Positions 18,475-27,873 of a DNA stretch of 64,000 nt are shown in pieces. A program made the position numbers and the translations under genes. Location of the stretch: assembly GCA_001443455.1 (NCBI GenBank), contig LDXO01000005.1:67660-131659 (forward strand). The letters run 5' to 3'. The notes under the pieces are model-generated. The model ran no database searches. It was not told the DNA's origin and saw nothing but the letters and a program-made list of their open reading frames with translations. How positions within the stretch are numbered: position 1 is the stretch's first letter; every line of letters begins with the position of its first letter. The DNA is from Deltaproteobacteria bacterium CSP1-8. Its GTDB lineage: Bacteria; Desulfobacterota; Deferrimicrobia; Deferrimicrobiales; Deferrimicrobiaceae.

Positions 18475-18570
18475 TCGAATACTCTACCCTTATTCACCTC
18501 CCGCGCCATCCGCATTTTGTGGTATGAATGCCGGAAACGGCGCGCGGGTAGAGTTGAGGCCGGGGGGACG

Positions 18571-18990
18571 ATGGCCACCGCTTCCCACACCATCGAAATC
18601 CGGGTCCGGTTCGGGGAAACCGACCCGTACGGCGTGGCGTACTTCGCCGCCATCCTCGACTACTTCAAGCGGGGGATGGACGAGTTCCTCCGGTCGCGGG
18701 GACTTTCCCCCGACGGCGTCTACCGGAACGTCCGGAGGAGTTTCGGGTTCCCCGTGATTGCGACCCAGTGCCGGTACCGGTCCCCCGTCCGGTTCGACGA
18801 CCTGCTCACCCTGCGCACCCGGGTCGTCCGGGTCGAGGAGAAGGGGGCGACCTTCGGGTTCTCCCTCTTCCGGCCGGTGGAGGGAAAGGACGTCCTCGCC
18901 GCCGAGGGGAAGATCTCCTGCCGCTCGATAGACGCCTCCTGGAAGCCGATCCCCATCCCGAAGGACCTGCGCAAAGCGCTGACCGGATAG
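18571..18990 (+). CDS. Hot-dog-fold acyl-CoA thioesterase (YbgC/4HBT-like)
   Basis: RVRFGETDPYGVAY and YRSPVRFDDLL motifs. Confidence 0.88.
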   Translation: MATASHTIEIRVRFGETDPYGVAYFAAILDYFKRGMDEFLRSRGLSPDGVYRNVRRSFGFPVIATQCRYRSPVRFDDLLTLRTRVVRVEEKGATFGFSLFRPVEGKDVLAAEGKISCRSIDASWKPIPIPKDLRKALTG

Positions 18991-19020
18991 GATCGCGGTT
19001 GCGACCGCCGGGACGTGCTC

Positions 19021-19350
19021 CGCAGCCTCGGAGGGGGGCTCCGTTCGTGGCTCGCCGTGCGGTGAACCTGCACGGCTGCGCTTAACCTCACTGCGCCCCC
19101 ACTCCTTCGGCTTGCTGCGCCGGCAACCGGGGGCCCTAGGCGATGCGGGGGGGTCGACGAGGCGGCCTGTGGAGCGAGGAAGAAATCGCGTCGAGCGGAA
19201 CCGGCAGCGAGCGGGCGCAAGGTCGCGAGCGTAGCCGAGGGGACCCCTCCGCGAGTCAGGAACCCCGGACGCGTTGCCGCGGTCTGCGGCGGAGCCGGCC
19301 CCGTTCGCCCTCGCGACGGGCGGAACGGCAGCGAGCGGACGGTTACGCTC
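19021..19350 (-). repeat. Mosaic intergenic repeat, copy 2 (inverted)
   Basis: Core at 19135..19260. 19021..19121 matches the reverse complement of 58037..58148. Confidence 0.9.
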
Positions 19351-19379
19351 GACGCAAATCACCGGGGACATCTCCTGAT

Positions 19380-20243
19380 TCATCTCCGGGATGCGGGAGA
19401 GGAGTGTCCCCGCCCAGCAACGGCGATCGCCGCGTCGAGCTTGCCGCGGACCCGCGAGACCAGATCGAACAGGCGTGCTGCGGGAAGTTCCCTGCCCTGA
19501 ACCTTGAACGCGTCCACGCCGGCTGCGACCCAGGGCGCAAGCATATCCTCGATGGAGTGGAGATCCCGGGAGAGGGGAATCGCCCGGCAGACGAGATGGC
19601 ACCGGCCGGACCGCTTGGCGGAGGAAGGTGTCCCCGTTCCCGCCATCTGCGGGCGTTCCGGGGGAGACGCCCCCTCCCTGGCGTACCCGGGGAGCGCGCA
19701 CTTCCCCTGGAGAAGGATTTCCGGCCGGCAGTGCACGAAAACCTCCACCAGCAGGCCGCTTTCCTCCTTGATCGCGGGGATCTCCGCCGGGGTCAGGGCG
19801 GTCGGCAGGACGACCGCGTGGGCTCCGATATCCCGGTAGAACCGGGCATCGGAGGGATTGAGCGTGGATACCCCCACGGAGGCCGTGATCCGCAGAGGAG
19901 GTGCTTCCCGCCGCACGAGGGAGATCACCCCGGGGTCGGACAGGATCACCGCGAAGACACCGTCCTCCGTAAGCCGCCTCACGGTGGCCAGGAAGGAAGG
20001 GATCTCCGAGGCGCCCGGTATGGTGTTGAGCGCCGCGTGCAGCCGCGCCCCCTTCTCCTCGCATATCGCGGCGGCCTCCCGGACCTGTCCGGGCGGAAGC
20101 GAAGATCTCTCCCCGTCGCGGCTCCATCCCCGGCAGCCGACGTAGACGGCGTCTGCCCCTGCGGACAGGACCGCGCCTACCGCAGCGAGACTGCCCGCGG
20201 GCGCGAGAAGTTCCGGCTTGGCTATCCCTCTGTTGTCTTCCAT
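19380..20243 (-). CDS. Peptidase U32-family (Fe-S hydroxylation-type) protein, short form
   Basis: PELLAPAGSL, GADAVYVG and EVFVH with four Cys (HC..GKC..GRCHLVCR). Confidence 0.85.
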   Translation of the reverse strand: MEDNRGIAKPELLAPAGSLAAVGAVLSAGADAVYVGCRGWSRDGERSSLPPGQVREAAAICEEKGARLHAALNTIPGASEIPSFLATVRRLTEDGVFAVILSDPGVISLVRREAPPLRITASVGVSTLNPSDARFYRDIGAHAVVLPTALTPAEIPAIKEESGLLVEVFVHCRPEILLQGKCALPGYAREGASPPERPQMAGTGTPSSAKRSGRCHLVCRAIPLSRDLHSIEDMLAPWVAAGVDAFKVQGRELPAARLFDLVSRVRGKLDAAIAVAGRGHSSPASRR

Positions 20244-20330
20244 CTGTGCTATTATATCCGGAACCGGGAATCGATCGGCCTGCCGGGTACCGCCAAGTCC
20301 GAAAGCCGGGCGGGGGGTTGATTTTTTCGG

Positions 20331-20358
20331 TTGACTTGGGCCGATCGCCGAGTAATGT
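20331..20358 (+). promoter_or_regulatory. Possible sigma70 promoter of nuo operon 1
   Basis: TTGACT-N16-TAATGT about 100 bp upstream of nuoA. Confidence 0.4.
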
Positions 20359-20460
20359 ATAGTGTCGATTGTATACATGCGGTCCCCCGAAATGAGGCGA
20401 TCTTCCCGCCCCTCTATCCCAGGTAGAGGGGTTCTGCTTTGATTAAAACATTCAGGCGGT

Positions 20461-20865
20461 ATGCTTCGGATGCTCGCTGATTTCGCAACGGTTCTTGTGT
20501 TTATCGTGCTTGGCGCGGTGACCGTGGCCCTCATGCTGGGGATCTCCCGCCTGCTCCGGCCGCGCAACCCCACGCCGGTCAAGCTGTCCACGTACGAGTG
20601 CGGCGAGGTCCCGTTCGGCTCCTCGTGGGTGCAGTTCAACATCCGCTTCTACGTGGTCGCCCTGATCTTCCTCATCTTCGACGTGGAGGTGGCGCTCCTC
20701 TACCCGTGGGCCGTCATCTTCCGGCGCCTGGGCCTCCTGGCGTTCGTGGAGGCGTTCATCTTCATCGTCATCCTGCTCGCGGGTCTGGCCTACCTGTGGA
20801 AGGAGGGGGACCTCGAATGGGTGCGCACCGTCCAGGAAACGCCCCCCCCGAAGGAAGGCAAATGA
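20461..20865 (+). CDS. nuoA: Complex I subunit A (operon 1)
   Basis: [19 protein letters not shown] and LYPWAV. Confidence 0.95.
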   Translation: MLRMLADFATVLVFIVLGAVTVALMLGISRLLRPRNPTPVKLSTYECGEVPFGSSWVQFNIRFYVVALIFLIFDVEVALLYPWAVIFRRLGLLAFVEAFIFIVILLAGLAYLWKEGDLEWVRTVQETPPPKEGK

Positions 20866-21389
20866 GCCACGATCCCGCGCACAGCGGCCCGGCTCCCGCC
20901 GTCGGCCCGGTTTCCCTCGGCCCCGAGGCGCACGTGATGGTGGGCAACGCCGACAAGTTCATCAACTGGTGCCGGAAGTCCTCTCTCTGGTACCTCCTGT
21001 TCGCGACGGCCTGCTGCGGCATCGAGCTGATGCAGACCGGCGCCTCGCGGTACGACCTCGACCGGTTCGGCGCCGTCTTCCGGGCGACCCCGCGGCAGTC
21101 GGACCTGATGATCGTCGCCGGGACCATCACGCACAAGATGGCCGAGCGGCTGATACGGCTCTACGAGCAGATGCCCGAGCCCAAGTACGTGATCTCGATG
21201 GGCTCCTGCGCCAACACGGGCGGCCCCTTCTACAAGGACTCCTACTGCGTGGTCAAGGGGGTGGACCTGCTCATCCCGGTCGACGTCTACGTCCCCGGCT
21301 GCCCCCCCCGGCCCGAGGCGCTCATCGACGGCATCCTCAAGCTCCAGAAGATCATCGAGCAGAAGAGAAATTTCGCGGCGAAGGCGTAA
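20862..21389 (+). CDS. nuoB: Complex I subunit B (operon 1)
   Basis: ACCGIE, PRQSD, MGSCA and VPGCPPRPE. Confidence 0.95.
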   Translation: MSHDPAHSGPAPAVGPVSLGPEAHVMVGNADKFINWCRKSSLWYLLFATACCGIELMQTGASRYDLDRFGAVFRATPRQSDLMIVAGTITHKMAERLIRLYEQMPEPKYVISMGSCANTGGPFYKDSYCVVKGVDLLIPVDVYVPGCPPRPEALIDGILKLQKIIEQKRNFAAKA

Positions 21390-21399
21390 GGGAACCCGA

Positions 21400-21870
21400 T
21401 TGGAACCGAAAGCGATCTTCGAAGCGGTGAAGGGGAAATTCGGCGAGGCGGTGGTGGAGCTCCAGGAGGAAGGGTTCCGCCCGGCGTTCGTGGTCGTTTC
21501 CCCGGAGTCGGTCCGGGAGATCTCCCTGTTCCTGCGCGACGACCCCGCGATGAAATTCGACTCCCTCATGTGCCTGTCCGGCGTCGATTACAAGGACCGC
21601 TTCGCCGTCGCCTACCACCTTCATTCCCTGGAGATTGGCCACCGGATCGGGGTCAAGGCGTACCTCCCCCGGGAGGCGCCGTCCCTGCCGAGCGTCGACG
21701 GGGTATGGCCGGCGGCAAACTTCCAGGAGAGGGAGGCCTTCGACCTGTACGGGATCGTCTTTCCGGGGTCCAAGGACCTGCGACGCATCCTGCTCCCGGA
21801 GGACTGGGTGGGGTACCCGCTGCGCAAGGACTACAAGTACCCCGAGTTCTACCACGGGATCAAGGTATGA
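21400..21870 (+). CDS. nuoC: Complex I subunit C (operon 1)
   Basis: EREAFDLYGI.F..RRILLPEDWVGYPLRKD. TTG start. Confidence 0.93.
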   Translation: MEPKAIFEAVKGKFGEAVVELQEEGFRPAFVVVSPESVREISLFLRDDPAMKFDSLMCLSGVDYKDRFAVAYHLHSLEIGHRIGVKAYLPREAPSLPSVDGVWPAANFQEREAFDLYGIVFPGSKDLRRILLPEDWVGYPLRKDYKYPEFYHGIKV

Positions 21871-22997
21871 AGGCCCGCGCGGAAGCGCTCCCCACCCAGG
21901 AGATGCTCATCAACATGGGGCCGCAGCACCCGAGCACCCACGGGGTGCTCCGGGTGATCCTGCGCACCGACGGCGAGGTGGTGGTCAACGCCAGGCCGGA
22001 TGTCGGGTACCTGCACCGGGCGCTGGAGAAGATCGGCGAGCGGGTGACCTACGCGCAGTTTATGCCCTTCACCGACCGGCTCGACTACCTCGCCTCGATG
22101 AACTGCAACGCGGCGTGGGCCTGGACCGTGGAGAAGCTGGCCGGCATCGAGGTCCCCGAGCGGGCGGAGTACATCCGGGTGATCGTGTGCGAGCTCAACC
22201 GGATCTCCTCGCACCTGATCGCCTTCGGGTCGTTCACCGCCGACATGGGGGCTTTCACCCCCTTCCTGTACGCCATCCGCGAGCGGGAGAGGATCAACGA
22301 CCTGTTCGAGGACATCTGCGGGAACCGGCTGACGTACAATTACGTCCGCATCGGCGGCGTCTCGGCCGACCTGCCGGACCGGTTCCTCGAGAAAACGAAG
22401 GAATTCCTCGACTACTTCGAGCCGAAGATCCCCGAGTACAACAAGTTGATCTCCTACAACAAGATCTTCGTCCACCGGCTCGCCAACGTGGCGGCCATTT
22501 CCGGCGGAGAGGCCGTCGCCTACGGGCTCACGGGGCCGAACCTTCGGGGCTCCGGGGTTTCCTTCGACCTGCGGAGAAGCGAGCCGTATTCGGTCTACCC
22601 GAAGCTCGACTTCGACGTCTGCGTCGGGACGGGGGAGCGGGGGACGGTGGGGGACTGCTTCGACCGGTACATGGTGCGGATCAACGAGATGAGGGAAAGC
22701 GTGAAAATCCTGCGCCAGGCGATCGCGCAGATCCCCGGCGGCCCGGTCATGGCCAAGGTTCCCCGGGCGTTCAAGCCGCCCGTCGGGGAGGTGTACTTCC
22801 GCGCCGAGAACCCGCGCGGGGAGACGGGGATCTACCTCATCAGCGACGGGACCGTGAATCCCTACCGGCTGAAGCTCCGCGCCCCCTCCTTCGTGACGAT
22901 GAACATCTTCGAGAAGGTCACCAAGGGGCTGATGATCGCCGACATCGTGGCGGTCATCGGCAGCTTCGACATCATCCTCCCGGAGATCGACCGGTGA
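21867..22997 (+). CDS. nuoD: Complex I subunit D (operon 1)
   Basis: NMGPQHPSTHGVLR, GYLHR, DRLDY, ENPRGE and EIDR. No NiFe CxxC motifs. Confidence 0.95.
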   Translation: MKARAEALPTQEMLINMGPQHPSTHGVLRVILRTDGEVVVNARPDVGYLHRALEKIGERVTYAQFMPFTDRLDYLASMNCNAAWAWTVEKLAGIEVPERAEYIRVIVCELNRISSHLIAFGSFTADMGAFTPFLYAIRERERINDLFEDICGNRLTYNYVRIGGVSADLPDRFLEKTKEFLDYFEPKIPEYNKLISYNKIFVHRLANVAAISGGEAVAYGLTGPNLRGSGVSFDLRRSEPYSVYPKLDFDVCVGTGERGTVGDCFDRYMVRINEMRESVKILRQAIAQIPGGPVMAKVPRAFKPPVGEVYFRAENPRGETGIYLISDGTVNPYRLKLRAPSFVTMNIFEKVTKGLMIADIVAVIGSFDIILPEIDR

Positions 22998-23001
22998 CGT
23001 C

Positions 23002-24120
23002 ATGATGGAATCGCTCGCGGTATCCCTGGTCAATGCCGTGCCGGCGCTCTCGGGCGTCCCGCTGTGGACGATGACCCTCCTGGTCATGGTGGTGGTCGCG
23101 GCGGTCGTCCTCACCTTCGCCCTGCTGTACGCGGGGCTGGCGACCTACGTCGAGCGGAAGGTGGCCGGCGACATCCAGGCGCGCATCGGCCCGAACCGGG
23201 TCGGCCCCTTGGGGCTCCTCCAGTTCCTGGCCGACGGGATCAAGCTCCTCCTCAAGGAGGACATCATCCCGGCCAAGGCCGACCGGTTCCTGTTCGCCCT
23301 GGCACCGTACCTCGTGTTCATCGGCTCCTTCGCCGCCTTCGTGGTCGTCCCCTTCGGCGTGGGGCTGATCGCCTCCGACCTGAACATCGGAGTCTATTAT
23401 GTGATGGCCATCAGCTCCCTCGTGGTGGTGGGCGTGATGCTCGCGGGGTGGTCCTCCAACAACAAGTGGGCCCTCCTGGGGGGAATGCGCGCGGCGGCGC
23501 AGATCGTCTCGTACGAGGTCCCGGTGGGGATGGCGCTCCTTCCCGCGGTCCTCATCGCCGGCTCTCTCTCCCTCCAGGACATCGTCCGGTCCCAGGGAGG
23601 GCTGCTCGGGATCTTCGGGTGGAACCTCTTCCACAACCCGTTCACTTTCGTTTCCTTTTTCCTGTATTACACCGCGGCGCTGGCGGAGACGAACCGGACG
23701 CCCTTCGACATCCCGGAGGCCGAATCGGAACTCGTGTCCGGGTACCACGTGGAATACTCGGGAATCCGGTTCGCCTTCTTCTTCCTCGCCGAGTACGGCG
23801 ACATGTTCGTCGTGTCCGCGCTGGCGACCGCCTGCTTCCTTGGCGGGTGGCACGTGCCGTTTCTTGACGCCGAGGCGCTTCCCGTCGCCTGGGGCAACCT
23901 GTTCTCGCTGGGCGTGTTCCTCGCCAAGGCGCTGGGGCTCGTCCTGCTCATGATGTGGATCCGGTGGACCCTGCCCCGGCTGCGCGTGGACCAGCTCATG
24001 CGCATGTCGTGGAAGTACCTGGTCCCGATCACGTTTTTCAACCTGCTGGGCGTCTCCCTCTGGCTCCTGGTTTTCCACGGCAAGGGGATTCCCCGGATGA
24101 TCGCGTCGCTCTTCGGATAA
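23002..24120 (+). CDS. nuoH: Complex I subunit H (operon 1)
   Basis: ERKVAGDIQARIGPNRVG and ETNRTPFDIPEAESELV. Confidence 0.95.
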   Translation: MMESLAVSLVNAVPALSGVPLWTMTLLVMVVVAAVVLTFALLYAGLATYVERKVAGDIQARIGPNRVGPLGLLQFLADGIKLLLKEDIIPAKADRFLFALAPYLVFIGSFAAFVVVPFGVGLIASDLNIGVYYVMAISSLVVVGVMLAGWSSNNKWALLGGMRAAAQIVSYEVPVGMALLPAVLIAGSLSLQDIVRSQGGLLGIFGWNLFHNPFTFVSFFLYYTAALAETNRTPFDIPEAESELVSGYHVEYSGIRFAFFFLAEYGDMFVVSALATACFLGGWHVPFLDAEALPVAWGNLFSLGVFLAKALGLVLLMMWIRWTLPRLRVDQLMRMSWKYLVPITFFNLLGVSLWLLVFHGKGIPRMIASLFG

Positions 24121-24124
24121 CGGG

Positions 24125-24775
24125 ATGGGCTTGAAGGGTTATTTGCACGACATCTGGGAAGCCGTGGCGACCACCGCCAAGGGGATGCGGATCACCGCGC
24201 GGTACGGGGTGGACCCGAGGGAGACGATCACCCTCCAGTACCCCGAGGAGCGCTGGGAGCCGTCCGAGCGGTTCCGGGGGTTCCTGCACAACGACATCAA
24301 GAGATGCACGAGCTGCACGATGTGCGTGAAGGTCTGTCCCGTGGATTGCATCTCCCTGGAATCGGTCCGGGGGGCCGACAAGAAATTGGTGCTGGCCTCC
24401 TACGACATCAACATCGGGCGCTGCATGTACTGCGGACTCTGCGTCGAGGTGTGCCCCCCGAAATCGCTTACGCATACGAGCGGATACGAGAAGGCGACGG
24501 TCACCCGCGGGGAGCTGATCCTGCACTTTGTCCCCGAAGATGCGGAAGAGATCAAGGCCCGCGTGGCGAAGCAGGTGGCGGAAGCGGCGGCGAAGGCGGA
24601 AGCGGAAAAGTCGGCGAAGGCGGAAGCCCCCCCGATGGGCTGGCCCGCGCCGGTGTTTGCGGCGGGAAATCCCGGGGCCGGCGCCGACGCCGAGAAAAAG
24701 CCCGCGCAGGAGCCGAAGGGGGAGCCTGCGAATCGGGAGGAGCCCCCGAAAGAGGGTGGGGAGAAGGCGGAATGA
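24125..24775 (+). CDS. nuoI: Complex I subunit I with long A/E/K/P-rich tail (operon 1)
   Basis: Two CxxCxxCxxxCP motifs and RFRG. Confidence 0.93.
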   Translation: MGLKGYLHDIWEAVATTAKGMRITARYGVDPRETITLQYPEERWEPSERFRGFLHNDIKRCTSCTMCVKVCPVDCISLESVRGADKKLVLASYDINIGRCMYCGLCVEVCPPKSLTHTSGYEKATVTRGELILHFVPEDAEEIKARVAKQVAEAAAKAEAEKSAKAEAPPMGWPAPVFAAGNPGAGADAEKKPAQEPKGEPANREEPPKEGGEKAE

Positions 24776-25302
24776 AGGGCCCGGTGGATCTGGTCTTCTA
24801 CGTGCTGGCTGCCGTCACGGTGGGGTCGGCGATCCTCGTGGCGACCCTTCCGAACATCATCTACGCCGCGGTGGCGCTTTTGTTTGCCTTCTTCGGCGTG
24901 GCGGGGCTGTATATCCTTGTTTCCGCGGACTTTTTGGCGGCCACGCAGGTGCTGGTCTATGTCGGGGGGATTCTCGTGCTGATCATGTTCGCGGTCTTCC
25001 TGTCGAGCCGGATCTCCTCCGTCGAGCTGTCCAACCCGGTCCATTTCCGGCTGCCCGCGGCGGCGATCTGCCTCGCCCTGTTCGGCGTGCTGGCGCACAC
25101 GGCGGTATCCCCGGCGTTCATCCCGAAGCCGCAGGTCACGTACCAGCCGACCACCGCCGAGATCGGCGAGCTTCTGATGACCCGGTACCTGCTCCCGTTC
25201 GAGGTCGCCTCCGTGCTGCTGCTCGCCGCCCTCATCGGCGCGGCGCTCCTGTCGCGCCCGGACCGGCCCGATATCCCGAGACCCGACATGGAGGAGCCGT
25301 AG
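24772..25302 (+). CDS. nuoJ: Complex I subunit J (operon 1)
   Basis: QVLVYVGGILVL and YLLPFEVASVLLL. Confidence 0.93.
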   Translation: MKGPVDLVFYVLAAVTVGSAILVATLPNIIYAAVALLFAFFGVAGLYILVSADFLAATQVLVYVGGILVLIMFAVFLSSRISSVELSNPVHFRLPAAAICLALFGVLAHTAVSPAFIPKPQVTYQPTTAEIGELLMTRYLLPFEVASVLLLAALIGAALLSRPDRPDIPRPDMEEP

Positions 25303-25305
25303 TAG

Positions 25306-25608
25306 ATGGCCCTGGACAAGATGCTGGTCGTCGGCGCGGCGCTTTTCTGCTGCGGCCTGTACACGATCCTGACGCGGCGCAACGCGGTGGCCGTCCTCAT
25401 GGGGGTGGAGCTGGTCCTGAACGCCGCCAACATCAATTTCGTGGCGTTCTCGCACTACGTATCCCGGATGATCGGGGGGCAGATCTTCGCCGTATTCGTC
25501 ATCGTGCTCGCGGCCGCCGAGGCGGCCGTCGCGCTGGCCATCTTCCTGCGGCTGTTCGCCACGACGGGAACCGTGGAAGTGGACACGGCCGACCATCTCA
25601 GGGGTTGA
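25306..25608 (+). CDS. nuoK: Complex I subunit K (operon 1)
   Basis: RRNAV..MGVEL..AAAEAAVALA. Confidence 0.93.
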   Translation: MALDKMLVVGAALFCCGLYTILTRRNAVAVLMGVELVLNAANINFVAFSHYVSRMIGGQIFAVFVIVLAAAEAAVALAIFLRLFATTGTVEVDTADHLRG

Positions 25609-25637
25609 TGCAGTAAACGAAACGAAAGGGTGAACCG

Positions 25638-27857
25638 TTGATCCGATACGCCTACATCATCCCGTTCCTGCCGCTCGCCGCCTTCTTCGTCAACATCGCG
25701 GTCGGGAAGCGGCTGCCGCGGAAGGGGGACTGGCTCTCCATCGGCACGATCGGCGCGGGCCTCGTGATGTCGATCGTGATCTTCTTCGAGGTCTTCCGGA
25801 TCTACGACCCGAACTTCCGGTACCACGTCGTGGTCCCGTGGCTTTCCCTGGGCGGCAGGTTCGTCATCCATGCGGGGGTCCTCATCGACAACCTGACGGC
25901 CGTGATGCTCGTCGTCGTGACGGGCGTCTCGACGCTGGTCCACATCTTCTCCGTCGGCTACATGCACGGCGACCCGCGGTACTCCCGGTATTTCGCCTAT
26001 CTCTCCGTCTTCTCGTTTTCCATGCTGGGGCTCGTCCTCGCCGAGAGCTTCTTCTTCATCTACATCTTCTGGGAGCTGGTCGGGTTTTCCTCCTACGCAC
26101 TCATCGGGTTCTGGTTCGAGAAGAAGTCGGCCGCCGACGCCGGCAAGAAGGCGTTCATCGTGAACCGGGTGGGCGACTTCGGCTTCCTGATCGGGTTCCT
26201 GCTCCTGTTCGCCACGACCGGGGTGCTGGGGTACGACGAGGTCTTCCGGGCGATCGGGGAAGGGAAGATCGGCGGGACCCTCCTGACCCTGGCGGGGATC
26301 GGGATCTTCTGCGGCGCCATCGGGAAGTCGGCCCAGTTCCCGCTCCACGTCTGGCTTCCCGACGCGATGGAAGGCCCCACACCGGTCTCGGCACTGATCC
26401 ACGCGGCGACGATGGTGGCCGCGGGCGTCTACCTCGTCGGGCGCGTCTACCCGATCTTCACGCCGGACGCCTTTCTCTTCATCGCCTACGTCGGGCTCCT
26501 CACCCTCTTCATCACGGGCACGATCGCGATCACGGCCACCGACATCAAGAAGGTCCTCGCCTACTCCACGTGTTCCCAGCTGGGGTACATGATCCTGGGT
26601 CTCGGGGTGGGCGGGTACACGGCGGGCCTGGCCCACCTGACCACCCACGCCGCCTTCAAGGCGTGCCTGTTCCTGGGCTCCGGGTCGGTGATCCACGCCG
26701 TCCACAGCCAGGAGATCACGGAGATGGGGGGCCTGCGGAAGAAGATGCCGATCACCTTCGTCACCTTCCTCATCGCCACGCTTGCGATCGCGGGGGTCCC
26801 GCTCTTCTCGGGCTTCTACAGCAAGGATATGATCCTGGGAGCCGCCCTCGAGTTCGGCCTGAAGAATCCGCATCACATGATCCTGTTCGCAGGCGCGCTC
26901 CTGACCGCGGGGATGACGGCCTTCTACATGTTCCGGCTGGTGATCCGCACGTTCCTCGGGGAACCGGTGGACCGCCACAAGTTCGAGCACGCGCACGAGT
27001 CGCCCCCCAACATGTGGGTTCCCCTCGTGATTCTCGCGGGGTTGTCGTTCTCCTTCTGGTACAGCGGGTGGTTCGGCGACCTGGTCCGGAAGCCCGCTTC
27101 CGCGATCCCGGCCGTCCACGCCCTGAAGGCAACGCCTGCCGGGGCTCACGCGGTGAGTTCCGCGCCTTCGCCGGAAGGGCGATTCGGATTGGCGAGCGGC
27201 CTGGCGCACGCCGGGACCCCGAAGGCGCCGCAGGGGGCCTCCGGACACGGTTCCGCCGTTCCTCCGGCGCATTCGAAAGGCGGGCACGGGACGCCGGTTC
27301 CTCCCGCGGGGCACGGGCCGGCCGGCGGGCACGACGCGGAAGGGGTGGGGCCCCACGCGGCCGCCTCCCCCGATGCCGCCCACGACGAGCACCTGGCGCA
27401 CACGGCCCATACCTGGGCGATGCGGCTGTCGATCCTGTTCGCGGGGTTGGGGATCGGCCTGGCGTTCGTCGTCTACCTGTTCGGCTGGATCAACCCCGTG
27501 AAGGTGGCGTCAACGCTCAAGCCCGTCCACACGTTCCTGGTGAACAAGTGGTATTTCGACGAACTCTACGAGGCGACGGCCGTCAACGGGACGAAGGCCC
27601 TCTCCCGCGCGCTGGGCTGGTTCGACCTTACCGTCGTGGACGGACTCGTCAACCTCTGCGCGCACCTGGGCGTCTGGTTCTCCTACCTGACGGGGAAGTT
27701 CGACAATTACGTGGTCGACGGCGCGGTGAACGGCGTCGCGGACGTCACGATCGGCAGCGGCTCCTTCTTCCGCCGGTTCCAGACCGGCAAGCTCTACCAC
27801 TATGTCTTCATCCTGGCGGGCGGCGTGCTGATCATTTTCCTGGTAAAAGCGTTCTGA
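25638..27857 (+). CDS. nuoL: Complex I subunit L with ~105-aa His/Ala/Pro/Gly insertion (operon 1)
   Basis: GKSAQFPLHVWLPDAMEGPTPVSALIHAATMV and KKVLAYST. Confidence 0.95.
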   Translation: MIRYAYIIPFLPLAAFFVNIAVGKRLPRKGDWLSIGTIGAGLVMSIVIFFEVFRIYDPNFRYHVVVPWLSLGGRFVIHAGVLIDNLTAVMLVVVTGVSTLVHIFSVGYMHGDPRYSRYFAYLSVFSFSMLGLVLAESFFFIYIFWELVGFSSYALIGFWFEKKSAADAGKKAFIVNRVGDFGFLIGFLLLFATTGVLGYDEVFRAIGEGKIGGTLLTLAGIGIFCGAIGKSAQFPLHVWLPDAMEGPTPVSALIHAATMVAAGVYLVGRVYPIFTPDAFLFIAYVGLLTLFITGTIAITATDIKKVLAYSTCSQLGYMILGLGVGGYTAGLAHLTTHAAFKACLFLGSGSVIHAVHSQEITEMGGLRKKMPITFVTFLIATLAIAGVPLFSGFYSKDMILGAALEFGLKNPHHMILFAGALLTAGMTAFYMFRLVIRTFLGEPVDRHKFEHAHESPPNMWVPLVILAGLSFSFWYSGWFGDLVRKPASAIPAVHALKATPAGAHAVSSAPSPEGRFGLASGLAHAGTPKAPQGASGHGSAVPPAHSKGGHGTPVPPAGHGPAGGHDAEGVGPHAAASPDAAHDEHLAHTAHTWAMRLSILFAGLGIGLAFVVYLFGWINPVKVASTLKPVHTFLVNKWYFDELYEATAVNGTKALSRALGWFDLTVVDGLVNLCAHLGVWFSYLTGKFDNYVVDGAVNGVADVTIGSGSFFRRFQTGKLYHYVFILAGGVLIIFLVKAF

Positions 27858-27873
27858 CCGGAGGAGGTCTTCC

